In this document: positions 36,401 through 47,959 of the stretch, in pieces
How the letters are laid out: each line of letters opens with the position of its first letter
How positions within the stretch are numbered: the first letter of the stretch is position 1
From: Puccinia triticina
Lineage: Eukaryota
Assembly: GCA_026914245.1 (NCBI GenBank)
Contig: CP110439.1
Coordinates: forward strand, 3,782,001 to 3,846,000
Reading direction: 5' to 3'
Length of the DNA stretch: 64,000 nt
Position numbers and translations under genes: made by a program
The notes under the pieces: model-generated
What the model was told of the DNA's origin: nothing
The model's input: the letters and a program-made list of their open reading frames with translations, nothing else
Database searches by the model: none

Positions 36401-39286
36401 CAAGGTACTGAGGATCCATCTGGTAGCTTAACTCCATTCCCTTCCTTTTTGAACAGTCCATGAAGTTCATCCAAATTGGCCTGGTTACACCTGGAAAATG
36501 AGTGACCCATCTGGTGACAGTAATTGCATTTGACTGTTGTCCAATCCTTGTCTTGCTGGGCTGGTTTGTAGGGAACATGACTTTTCATAAAGAAAGGGGG
36601 AGGTTTTTGGGTATGCCAGGTGGAAAGGGTTTTAGTGAGGTCTTCTACTTCTCTTTGCTGAACCTGATTTTTGGAAGGAGGGTTGGTCTTAGCTGGTTCA
36701 GCATATTCTAACCCTCTCCAAACTCTACTTCTGGCTAGGACTGATCTTTGATGGACTTCCTTGTGGATATACTGTAGCAGGACTTCAGTTGCAGGTAGAA
36801 CTTCCCCACCATCCTTGGTGGCAAGCATCATGTTAGTCCTTCCAAGGTCCTTGGTAACTGCTCTGGCCACATCCTCACAGAGAACTTCAAGAAGGTGGTC
36901 CCTGAATTCTTCTATACTGCCGCTATATCCCATCCGTACCAGGTAATTAGTAATGGCTACAAACTTAGTCCTAAAGATTTTAAACTGTTCTTCTGTACTG
37001 ATTCCACCTCCCTTAATGGCAGAGTATACCAAGTCCCTGAGGTCATGTCTGGTGTATTTGACTAGTGGAAGGGAGGAGCCAAATCTGTTGAGTAAATCTT
37101 TCTTCAGTTGTTCCCAGTCTTGTTCTTCATAGCCAACCATTTCTTCAACTTCATCCTTCAGGTCCATGCCTTTGATAAAAGGAGAGATTTGGGTGACCAG
37201 GTCCAAGGGGGTGGCTCCATCTGTCCTTCCAGCTGCTTCATATCTTCTGATGAATTTTTCTATAGGCATGTTGGATCCATCAAAGCATAGGTCCTTGTCC
37301 AGAGGTTTGATTTTGACAGCTTGGTGAGGCCCTACAGAGTAAGTTGGCATAACAGGTTCCCTCTCCAGAAAGTGTACAGGAGTTAATTTTGGAAGTTGAT
37401 TTGCAGTAGGTTGGCGGTACGAGGGATGTTTCTGGGCTCTGGCTAGTGATTCAGGTTCTTCTTCCATGTGTTCCAGGCCTTCACTTTCAGAGGGAGCTAC
37501 AGCACCTCTAATGGGTCCAGGGTTGGCAGGTAAGTTGTTTCTACTGACTGTTGGGGGGTTGGGTTGGTGGTTGGTTGCTCCAGAATTGGCTTGCAGAGGT
37601 TGGGGCCAAGTGGGAACTGATCCAGAGTTGAATTTAAGGTTTCCAGGGACAAAATTTCCATTCCAAGGTTGTCCAGTAGGTCCAGGGTTTGCAGATTGAT
37701 TGTTTCCTCCAAAGTGGATGGGTCCATGGGCTTCTTGCTGGGGTTGTCCTGTGTATCCAGGGTTGATGTGAGCTGATCCAAGATTGGGTTGTCCTCCAGT
37801 AATAGGTATTTGACCAAGGTTTGCTTCTCTGGAGAATCCAACAAATGAAGGCATAAAAAATCTTTCTATGGCTGACTCCAAGGTGGTTCTAGGTAGGTAT
37901 TGGGACTGAGAGTTGGATCTAAAGTGCCTAGACATGTTTAAGGGTTGATTGTTAACTGAATGGATAAAAGGAGTTGAGGAGTTGTTCTGTAAGCTGATGA
38001 TATGGTTGTTAAAAGTAAATGGCCTAAAGAGTTTTTCTGAAGAAGTTGATGAAGGTATTTTGTTCAGAGTGGTAGTTTTATGAGGTGTTTAAAGGTATGT
38101 AGTTAAAGGTGAGTAATTTTTTTAGTATGAGATTTTTTATTTATATATATATATGGGTTCACTAGCTAATCCTGTAACTATATTAGACTAGGAAAATGGG
38201 GTTTGGACTGAATCTAGAGATCTTCAGGCCACTGTTGGGACACCACTTGTGGAACTACTCTTGGGATGAATAGAGCTGGAGAGGGAATGGTGCTTTAATG
38301 GGCTGCCTCTCTGGGAACAAGAAAAAGAATATAAGAGTGTGGACTCTTATGGAAAGGTGTGGCTATAGAGGATTCTTGAGGTTTGTCTAAGGGTTTACTT
38401 TCTACTAATCTAATAGCAAGTTAAAGGTAATGTAAAGTCTGTCCAACCTGATATATTTGGCATAGACTTATCAAGCTTGTCCACTCTGATTTAATGGCAT
38501 AAGCTAGGCTAGTGAATGGTGACCAGTGATCTGAATTACTTTGACAGGATCTGATGGGGAATAAATGAAGAGGAAAACAACCCAGTTTATATACACAAGA
38601 AAGAGGAGCCATGAGGAAACAAGGATAACCTGCAGGGAAGCATAGAACATTCTACTTCTATAGGATGAAACAGCCATGTGGTCAGAGTAGTGGTTCAAGG
38701 AGTCACATGATGGTGTAATAGTGGGTGGGGATGATGCCATCTTCTGGGGGCTATGGTGCAATCTTCCTAGTTGGAGGAGGGGATATGTGAGACATAAAAG
38801 GGGTAGAATATTCTATGATCTAAGATAGGAGGAGTTATGAGTTTCAGGAAGTGTTTCAGGAAGAAGTAATCTAAGGATCTAAGATAGGAGGAGTCAGGTG
38901 TTTCATGAAGTGTTTCAGGAAGTAATAATCTAGGTGGGGTTTGGGGCTATGTCTAGCATAATGTGTATCATGTTGGGTTTGGAGGGTGAAGGGTTTCAAG
39001 GGTGCTTATACATCTTTGAGCACATGGTTCTAAGGAAACACTAGAAGAAGGGGGTAAAATGTGATCTGGGTAGATGTTTGAGACTAGGAAGAGGGTTTAT
39101 CCAAGAGAGGGGGAGTGTGGGAAGAGGGAATACTATTATCCAGGGTATGTCCATTGAGTGGGGATGTTGAGGGGCTTGGGCTTTGCTGACAAGGGGGCCA
39201 GAGGTATGGGATTTATTCTTGAGGTGTGACAGCATTGTGATTGATGGTTGCTGGTTTTCTGGGTAGATCAGGATTGGCTTACCACA
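33436..39286 (-). mobile_element. Non-autonomous Gag-only LTR retrotransposon (5,851 bp)
   Basis: Two 1039-bp LTRs (33436-34474 and 38248-39286, TG..CA) that appear identical, 4-bp TSD CCGC, PBS-like TGGTGTCCCAAC next to the 5' LTR, and PPT GGGGGTGGA. Confidence 0.95.
34921..37935 (-). CDS. Gag-like protein (1004 aa) with CCHC zinc knuckle; no PR/RT/RH/IN
   Basis: FDGSNMPIEKFIRRYE capsid-like start, WEQLKKDLLNRF and CNYCHQMGHSFSRC, followed by a long low-complexity tail without pol motifs. Confidence 0.8.
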   Translation of the reverse strand: MSRHFRSNSQSQYLPRTTLESAIERFFMPSFVGFSREANLGQIPITGGQPNLGSAHINPGYTGQPQQEAHGPIHFGGNNQSANPGPTGQPWNGNFVPGNLKFNSGSVPTWPQPLQANSGATNHQPNPPTVSRNNLPANPGPIRGAVAPSESEGLEHMEEEPESLARAQKHPSYRQPTANQLPKLTPVHFLEREPVMPTYSVGPHQAVKIKPLDKDLCFDGSNMPIEKFIRRYEAAGRTDGATPLDLVTQISPFIKGMDLKDEVEEMVGYEEQDWEQLKKDLLNRFGSSLPLVKYTRHDLRDLVYSAIKGGGISTEEQFKIFRTKFVAITNYLVRMGYSGSIEEFRDHLLEVLCEDVARAVTKDLGRTNMMLATKDGGEVLPATEVLLQYIHKEVHQRSVLARSRVWRGLEYAEPAKTNPPSKNQVQQREVEDLTKTLSTWHTQKPPPFFMKSHVPYKPAQQDKDWTTVKCNYCHQMGHSFSRCNQANLDELHGLFKKEGNGVKLPDGSSVPWDRNRAYKIAVDQYHQNRKQPGVLNLPPGPIFSGTPNPNAQASNLEPQVSFGIIEHINQDLEALMISSRRLPLDSMLKIKVNSEDLEDEDSSPVRLMTPFLSKITSQDFGNLGTSEKLDNTRAEQLGSASGTNEETSIPEILSPNLIVKEPPDTLFAFETKLELTEEEATENINQNFPPEETHSPKHDSTIEATSEEKKTSKEPTLGCCQSFFLENSFHSSPLPLDILGAQANFIDSKIDSSLEQFPLLFTQNFEPIHLSNQSSAKLETCIFQKDPGKLIDKISSSAFITKRSTLDLVGKPTLKFGLPFFEENYSQPNLPSSNDHGANLFLFDETSIPHSASICSLGRNFFHKDPGKPTERKLESASLTNNPQESHSLPNHQFIPNNLEYPLFKPPDRSQKDPGAQFFLKFLKQIIKSTSIQHKLPVPWFSPTPLPKIQKINLWNIWILANFKFHRLKGMSHLGVGKALGAFISRQKEQTNKGHGLYLLARIS

Positions 39287-40944
39287 CCGCAGCCCCAGTC
39301 GAACCTTCTGCGGGAGCACCACTTGCACCAACACCGCTAGAATCGTCTTCTAATCTTTGTTTGTTTTTGTTACAAGGTTGGGGTTCAGTGGCCGAAGATG
39401 TACCTGTCGCTGAAAATCGTGTTTTCAGATTCTGGGTGATCTCCGGTAGGCCCATTGGTTTGACCTGGGAGACGGTCTCTTGCTCGAAAGGACTGAGGAG
39501 TTGCCACCAAGCATCGGCATAGCAATCACGCGGCAAACCTTGTGGGATACCCCTTACCCCCTTGAACGTCTTGATTCTGGTTCCTGAGCGTCCATAGATT
39601 TGCTGATTTGTTTCAATGGTCTTGTGGTGATCGGCCTGGGCCTGTACCATGTTGTCAAGGCAGTGAAGTACATAGGTGAGATCGCTGCTACGCCAATTAG
39701 GCAAAAGGGATAACGGTAACGTGTTCTGATCGCCATCTTCAATATCGGAGCCACAGTCCTTGTTTTCCACGACATGGGCCAGTAAGATATTCTCTTTCAT
39801 GACTTTATCAAGCATTTTGCACCTGTTTTCTCTTATCTTTAACATATGTAAATACATGTATACATCCTATCAGAGTGAGTCTCGCAGGGAACGGAGATGT
39901 TGAGAGAATAGACAAACTTTCTTCCTCCATTGTTGGTATTGTGCCTTGGTAGCTTTCTCGTCTTTCAATTTCTTGTAATCGTCCCCGCTTATGTTTTTGA
40001 CTCTCTAATCTCCTGGCATTTGGTATTGAACCATCGTTGTATTATTGCCTGCGCCTGAGAAGCTTCTTGATCGGTTAAGGGCATCAATCGGCGGATCCAT
40101 TCAATGGATTTGGTTGCCAAAGTGTCCACTACAGCTGAGTTCCAGGGCGAATTGGCACCAAGCTGGGTATCCCAGTCAAAAGTGAGTCTTGAGATACCGG
40201 CCAATGCAAGAGACCTCTCCACGTCCGCCTTGGTTTGAGAGTTGATTGCTTGGCCCTTATGTTGGCCCTTCAGGAAGGCAGGAGTAAACGGTGGGGACTG
40301 GATGTTCTTTCAGATTTCTTTTTCTGCCTGAGAGACAAAGTATTCGATCTCCGCGGGAGTCTTTGCCTTGAGAAGCAGGCGTAATCGATCCAGTTGCTTT
40401 TTTATTTCGACTGTTCTTCTTTCCACCCAGTACTGTGCCTTTATTTCGGAAGGGCTCGGAGATGCTGGATAATCGTGAGGCTGAGTCGGATTACCCAGGA
40501 AGAACTTGATGAAGCTTTGGATACTCCGAGAGAGTTTATCGCAATGTTCCGCCAGAGCCGTTTTTCCCGCAATTCCCCTCAATTGTTTCTCCGCGCGATG
40601 TTGGTCCTCCTCCGCCTCCGCCTCCTCCCTTGCCCGCCTAGCGTTTTCCACCACAAACTTGGGTTCCAGTCGAGATTTTTCCGGCAGTGGCTGGTTTTGT
40701 GGGAGTGAAGAGCTTCCCCCTACAGAATTTAAACCTCTCTCAGCACGGGAATTAAAATGGTGAAAAGTATCCACTGACCATCAGGACCGGTTTCCATTGC
40801 AGGAGCGTTCCCATCCGCTTGGATTTTTGGAATAAATCCATCTACAACAGCCGAAATCCAACGCTCATCTGGACCCAGCGCGTCAGGGGTATCTCCTTGG
40901 TTTCCATTCCCAGAAAAGCTTGGTTCATCCGGGGCTGAAGGCAT
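39287..40944 (-). pseudogene. CACTA-associated accessory ORF A; its last codons lie at 33409-33435 beyond the retroelement
   Basis: Motifs LTFDW..SPWN, LPNWRSSDL..LD and GLPRDCY..WW. Frameshift at ~40750, TGA at 40310-40312. Removing the retroelement and TSD restores ...GAAGGRMNVD*. Confidence 0.7.
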
Positions 40945-41356
40945 CAGGCCAGATTTCTTAAGAATATCAGAAGAAGTTCACGAATGCAAAGGCAGATAAC
41001 AGAAGTGTTGCCGTATAGAATGTGAAGTTGTTGTTATTTAGTAATTCAACAAAAGTTGGTGGTTTATGATACGCAAATGGTTCAAGGAACAGGTGAATTC
41101 AAGATGGATCGAGGTGTAAGCAGGACAAAGATTTTAGGGAAATCTTGCGCAATTCGGGCAGGCTTCAATTTGTCGCTCACAACAGGGAGAACACATATAT
41201 AGAGATGTGGTAAATCAAAAACAGTGTGCCTGTCGCTAAGAGATAAACAATGATCCCCTTTGTACTATGCCTAAAAATCGTTGCATATGCCCTCCCATCC
41301 CTTCATATGTAAAGAAAACCCAAATAAAACATCAGGAAGACATACACCAGCATGTT

Positions 41357-44300
41357 TTAATGGTAGTTGTTGAGACTTACAGCTGTCCCCAATCCCACAG
41401 CACTTATTGTTTGTATTTCAAAACCAAATGTTGAGATTGGATTTAGAAGAATTGCAACATGTCCAATGACCCTTTCACTGTCAATTACCTCAGTCAGGTC
41501 ATGATCGGATTTCACTAAGCGGCAGTTGAGATCTGGGTAATCCTTGTATGGATCTTCCTCCCATCCTACTTCCTTGAATGGTTTCACGATCAACCAAGTT
41601 TTCCCAGCTGTTTGTTCCGATTGGAACATTTGCTCCACTTCACCAAATCGTTGGTCCTTCCCTAGGTAGAACTCGACCAAGGAATTTGCTGGATGACGAT
41701 CTTTAGTTGTGAATGTCTTGCCGTTGAGTTTGATGTATTCAACAAGATCAACTGTTGAGTTAAGTGGGGGTACACCTGCATGTTGACCAAGCTTCCCCCT
41801 TGAAACTTCCTTGCCAGCCACCGCCCGCTTCCATTTTGACATCAGAGTTCTGTTCAACTGAGTTGATTTCTTCTTATTGTTGTCCTCCAACGCGCGGTTG
41901 TGTTTTGAAGTGTGGTCTTTCAGAACTAACTGGAATGTTGAGTTGATATGCCATTCCTTCATCAATGTCTTTGGGATATCATCTAAATACAATACATATG
42001 TCACATTCTCAGTAATTAAATCCTCACAATGGCAATAATTACGCACAAATAAGCATGTGACTAACCGATGTGATGGTTTGTTGGCATCCTCTGCAACATT
42101 CCATTAACTCTTTCCTGTGCCCAAGCCGCTGTTGATCGAGGTGGGCCAAATCGGCGGATAACTTCAGAGTAATGCTGTGTCAGATGTAGATTTGGCTTGC
42201 TTGGTGCTTCTGGCCAGCCTTTTTGAAGACACTTTTGATAATCCAAGATTAAACTGTCAAGCTCATCGAGATCTTGAAGTTTGATCTTTGGGAGAGTCAG
42301 GAAGTGAGAAATTTTGGATAGCAAGGTAGTTGATTCTAGGAGTGAGGATATCCTTATTTTGCTTTCCTCAGTTGCGCAATCCTTGTATGCTGTGGTCCAA
42401 AGAGGAATCAAGGCAATGGGATAGTAAATCTTGTAAAGTATCAGCCATTCTGCTGCTTTCAAAGATCCGTGGGTAGCCAATCCCAAGTTGCGTGGCACCC
42501 GATCAATCCAAGAGGGTACAATTGTATGCAAGATAGTCCGCCGTACTATGTCCAGCTCCTCTGGCAAGAGTTTTGGTTGGTTGAAATCCGGAATTGGTGA
42601 TGCAGCAGCTCTGCGAGCTCTATGTTGAGGACGAGTGGCAGTGTGATCACTTCCACTCTCATCTGCAGAATTGGTGGTTACCTCCTCATTTGCGTCACAG
42701 AGCGCCTTCTTCCGCATCCGCAGGCTGTAGGAATGGGCAGATGTCCCGGCAGATGACCCATCTGACGTTGCACCAGCGCCACTGCATGTTCTGCTTTGAC
42801 CAAGATCTAGCTTTGTTGTGGCTGGTGTTTGCTTGGCTTTGGCTGCACGGGCTTGCTTGTTTGGTTTTTCCAAGGTCTGATTTGATTCTTCGACATTGTC
42901 TAATTTCCGCTTGCCCTTGTTGGTGGAGTTAGGGACACAATCTGTTGCAAACGGAGGATCGGTATATGACTTTTTGTTCTGCCATTCCGCATCCTTCTCT
43001 TGAATATCCTTAAGTTTGGATGCGACTGATGGCAAGGACATGAAGCGCATTGTGTGATCTTTCAAGTCACCCAAAATCAAGGCATGCATCAATTCAATCA
43101 AGCAGAATTCTATTGGCCTCCCGTATGGTAGCTCATTGAGCACACTCCATCTTGCGCCATGTTCCTTCACAAACTTCTTACGTTCAGTTGCATTTTCTAG
43201 TTGAAGCCAAAGTTTTGCATGTTTTTTGTGCTCTTCATTTTTCCGCCGGGTAAACTTTGTGGTGTCCGTTTCCTCAATGTCATGCTTGCTCAACATACAA
43301 AAAGAGCAAAACCTAATTGAGGCGTGACTTCCAAATCCAGCAACCTTCTGGAGAGCAGGAAGATCTGCGATCAGCGGAAAGATCACAGCCCGTATAGTTC
43401 TTCCTTGAGCATGAGAAGCAGTGGATTCAAAGAAGACTCCATCCCAAAATTCTTTCAATTCATTCACCAACGGTCGTAAGAGATGGTTGACTTTGTCTAG
43501 ACTGGGTTCGTTGGGCCCAGGGATAATTCCAAAAAGGAATATGTTTTCCTGCTTGTAGCGCTGATTTGGAGGAAGGTTCAAGCAGATCAAGACAATGGCT
43601 CCAACAGAGTTATGCTTCCCCAGATTCGAAGTTCCTTCGGCATTGAACCAGTCAAGATATAGGCTGAACACAAGATTTCCAGAATTCTGGGTAAATATCC
43701 CAGTTCCATCGTTCAAGTTGGGGAATTCGCGCCAGATTTGACCATGCCAAACATCTTCCATGTCGTGGTTTGGTTCCCATCTAGTTTTGGGCAGGCTGGA
43801 GTCTAGCAAGGCCTCGAAAGAATTCTGAGAAAGCCGCTGTTTCAACCATGACTTGAGAGTTAAGTATGAGTATGTCCGAATTGGTTTTGATACTTGCTGT
43901 TTATTGAGTTCGAAGAGGGCTTGATCACATTTGGGTACGATTTCTTGCAACTTAGCCCACTTACAATACCCCTGATATTGGGAAAAGAAGGACTGGGTGC
44001 ATGTGATCGGAGGATTTTTGTCTCCTTTTATCAGAGGGTAGAGTGCAAAACATTTTTGGCAACATATTTGCGTTGTCAGATCTGGAACAAGGCCAAGTCG
44101 ATGAAAAACCGCATCTCGAGTTTTGGGAATCTGTTGGATCATTGCTTTAGCATCAATAATTCGTTCTTCAGTGCTCCACAGCTCTGCCAGGAATGAGATG
44201 TTCTGCCTTGCCGACTCCAGGAAAGATGCAGACCCATCTTTGCTCAGTTTGTCTTTTAAGACAGATTGGGCCATCTGAATCATGACCTGTGTGCAAAACT

Positions 44301-44642
44301 GCTCCTCCAAAAGTGGGACCTTCCTTGTGTTGTTTTCAAGAGGATTAGAGGTGGAGGCAGTCAGACCAGTCTGGGTCAAACTTGGATTAGCTCAAGATCT
44401 AACTATGATATTATAGCAGATGTGATTCAACTCACCCGGATGGGATTAGAGCCCATTGGGCCTGCCTCCGGATGATTTGGCCCTTCCTTCTGGAGTTGCA
44501 TAGTTGCTTTCTTCTGATGCAATTGATAGTCTTTCCGTCCCAATACCCTCCCAGGGACAATTCCACCACCGTCTTCTGCATGCTGCATGGTATTGCACCC
44601 ATAGAATTCACAATGGCAAACAAGATTGGGTGTTTTAGGCAT
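41357..44642 (-). CDS. CACTA/En-Spm TnpD-type (Transposase_21/tnp2) DDE transposase, 3 exons, apparently open
   Basis: CQKCFALY, SLYLDWFN, CLNLPP..RYK.EN..L.GIIPGP.EP, ADLPA..K..GF......CSFC, MHALILG, HL..HY...IRRFGP....AW..ERVNG. Introns at ~44435-44382 and 42065-41983. Confidence 0.9.
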
Positions 44643-45102
44643 GTTGCGACTAGAGTTTGTTTCAATTGGAGTAGGTTGAGGATGAGTGATTTCAGAGCTC
44701 TTCTAGATATCAGATAGGAAACCACGAAGAAATTTACATTCATACATAAGCTGCTAAAAGCTGGTTGATGCAAGCTTTATATCATTGCTACTCAGATACC
44801 AAGATCGACTTTTTTCATGCTCATTTTGAGGAAAGAGTTACGTACATGGCACCCAAGAGTTGCATGTGCATATCTTGACACACCACCTGACCAAAGAATC
44901 TGCAAGCCATGAAATTGATGTGATGTGCTAAGATCATGCATGAGTGCGAGTCATTTAGATAGCAAGATGAGCATATGTACATATCATGTGCTTCAGTAGA
45001 TGCTCATGAGGAGCTGGCCAAGATCGGGCTTCATCTCACCGCGCGCTGCTTCCTCATTGAACTGGATTTACATTTTTCAGTTGGATTGAATCTAAAGTTC
45101 CA

Positions 45103-45860
45103 ATGCCCGTTATAACCCCGCAACCATCACGCCTTCAGATTCTGTTTTGGAGGAGACTGCATCAACTGAATCAACATATTTGCGTTGTTTTAGCCTTTTA
45201 TAAAATTTTACATTATAAAAAGTGTGTGGTATCCATGGGCCACAATTCTTGCAATCACATCCTCCCCCATTACAAAAATTATTAATTGTCAGAGGACCTC
45301 TCTTGTCTCAATCAAGCATCTCATCAGCCAATGGAACCTTTTCGTGCTATTCTATCTCCAATACAAATTGTTTGGCTCAAAGACATGCAGACCAAGATTG
45401 ATGAATCACTCAAGATTTTTGAGCCAGATTCTCATGAAGAACAACAATTGAACATTAGCAACACCAAAGAACGGGAACATGAGGCTTGGCGTTGGTATAT
45501 TTTGTGTGATGGCAAAGTCAGAGCGGGCGCACAAGATATGCGTATTCCTGAATGGGCAATCCCAAATGTCAAAGCCATATGGGATGCTAAAAGGAACCGT
45601 CTTGGAAAAGGTATTTGGCTTGAAGTTTCTCTTCTATTTTTCTGTTGAGCTGATTTATGAATTCACATTCGACAAGGACCATTGATGTTTTCCACCCCAG
45701 ATACCACGCCAGGGGGCTTGGTGGGCCCGGCAGCAGGCCAGCATCCTTAGGATCATCAATGGTAAAAGATTGAATATAATGTGATCGTGAGTTATTAGAG
45801 CAAAAGATAACTGCTAACTTCCTGTAACTAACTGTTTGTTATATCAACAGTTAGCTGCAT
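45103..45860 (+). CDS. Small hypothetical spliced cargo gene
   Basis: ORF 45286-45648 (120 aa) flanked by GT/AG signals, divergent from the transposase. No domain recognised. Confidence 0.35.
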
Positions 45861-46736
45861 CATCTCCCTGTGGATCCTAAACTACTGCTCCATTTGTTCC
45901 TGACTGTATTCTTCGCTACCTCTGTCTGGATGTATAGTAATTCTTTGGTTTGCTCTGCTCCAGATTCAAGTGAAAGATTCAGGATCCCCATCTATCTCAT
46001 GTCTGTGGTTGTGCATGGTCATGAGATGGCTTGTGTCCCCAACACGTTAGACAAATCTCTGCTTTACGTGGCTGTGTCTCTGTTTTTGAATCTACTTCAG
46101 CTAGCGTTCAATTTTTTATGTATTGAGGTTGTTTGGAGATATTAGATTATGCTTTGCGGTGATCAGATTTTGCCGGCAAAGTTATTTTGCTTTGGCTTAA
46201 CACTCAGAAAAGGCATTGAATTTGCTGGATGTTGCATGGGATTAAAGAATATGTGGCATTGGCGCTTGCTCCCGAGCAAGAAATATCAATGGTTGGGGCT
46301 CATGTACGATCAGACATTTCATGTGTTTGGTGTCACTGTCATGTTCGCGCGTACATGGGCGGGAATCTGCAGCAAGATAAAATGATGATCATACATTTTT
46401 TCACGGCCAATCGGCCCAAATATTCAGATTGTAATACCAAGTTTGGAACCAGCAATGCATTTGCCCAAAGTCACCCACATGTACGCGCATACATGAGAGG
46501 GAAACTCAATTGACCAAATAAAAACCCCTTTCACAAACTGAGAGCCAAACTACGTTCTGCATGAGCCAAGGTCCTTTGTAAATTACATAAAACCCCAATC
46601 GCCTTTCATTCACAATAATAATCTGTCTCTCCCCTAACCATGACACCACATGATTTGTGTAACATATAATCTGGACCTCGTCTGGTGTTCCCCCTCCTGA
46701 CTCTGCTCTTTTTTCCTGTGGTTCCTTTACTTCAGA

Positions 46737-47842
46737 ATGTTGTTATCCCAGTCTCATTTTTCTGATGGCAAACCACCAGTTGGTGCTGCAAAAGTTAATC
46801 TTGCCTACTCAACAATCCTACCCAATTCCAATTCATCATTTGCTCGTTGTATCGCTGCCTTCACACGAGCTCTCCTAGACATAGAATACAACCGCAAGAA
46901 AACCCCTTCGGAGTCATGGAGGCTCCCTCCCTCTGCCCACAATTTCCATATTGGCTCTAACCTTCCAGACTCCATTCTCATACAGCCTATTGATCCCATT
47001 CCTGTTGGTTCACCATTACCCACCTCACAGAAGATATCCCCAATCTTTCGAATCCTATTTGTCCAAGACCTCTCAAAATCTCATTTTCCTGGTGTTACTT
47101 TTTGCTGGTCTCATCCATGGGATTCTCACTGGAACCAACTTTTTGCAAAATTTATCCTAAAACATTGGAGGAATGCCTATGCAGCTGGAAAATTTACTCC
47201 GTTTTTCATGGATCCGGTTGAAGCCTCAAACACATCCTTCCAGCTGGGCGTACTCCACCAATGGTTTCTTGGAAGGCAGAAAGGATTACGATTGGGTCAG
47301 TTTTCAGAACAGCGCAAATCCAAGAAGAAAAAATCTGAATGTAAATCCAAAGTACGAATGCAGGTATGCCACATTCTTGCTTTTCTCCTGCCTGCCATGT
47401 GGGCTAAGCTCTTTAATAACTTCAGATCTCGCAACATCGTCAAGAAACGCTCTCTACACTCCCATTGAGCCCTAACACGAAATCTCTATTTGATAACATC
47501 AAGGCTACCTCTGAAACTGAGATCAATCCCCCTCGCTCTCTGTTCAAAATTCCTTTGCTCTGGAGGTCAGAAGAGTTTTCGAAATTTGCGCAAGAATTGG
47601 ATCAGATTTTTATTCAGAAGAAGACCAGCACAAAAGGACGCCAATTTGTACACGATTTTGTCTTGGAGGCTCGCAGGCAGACTTCAATCACATCTCCTCC
47701 AGCTGGCTTCAAGGAAGTTCCTCGTAATCTTCCGTTGAACTGCTACTCATCAGAATACTTGGTGACGCTTTCGGAGTCCCAGAGGAATCTTCTAAATCCA
47801 CAAGCGCCCATCAACATATCAGGATTGTTAACAGTCGGATAA
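46737..47842 (+). CDS. CACTA-associated accessory ORF B (paralog of ORF A), 2 exons
   Basis: VTFCW..SHWN, IPLLWRSEEF..ELD and VPRNLPLNCY motifs. Intron gtatgc (47364) ... ttcag (47425). Confidence 0.7.
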
Positions 47843-47959
47843 GGCTCTCCCTCCAGAGTAAGTATTTTCACCAACCTCTTAACCTATCATATTGTTCATG
47901 AGTAGCTGAGCACATTCATATTGCTCATTTCCCCCCGATGGTACACTAAGCCTATTATA

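Noticed and set aside
42061..44379. KDZ or Plavaka identity for the transposase, given the TET linkage
   Set aside because: The motifs (LDWF, CLNLPP, GIIPGP, ADLPA, FGP..W..ER) and the 3-bp TSD fit Transposase_21/CACTA.
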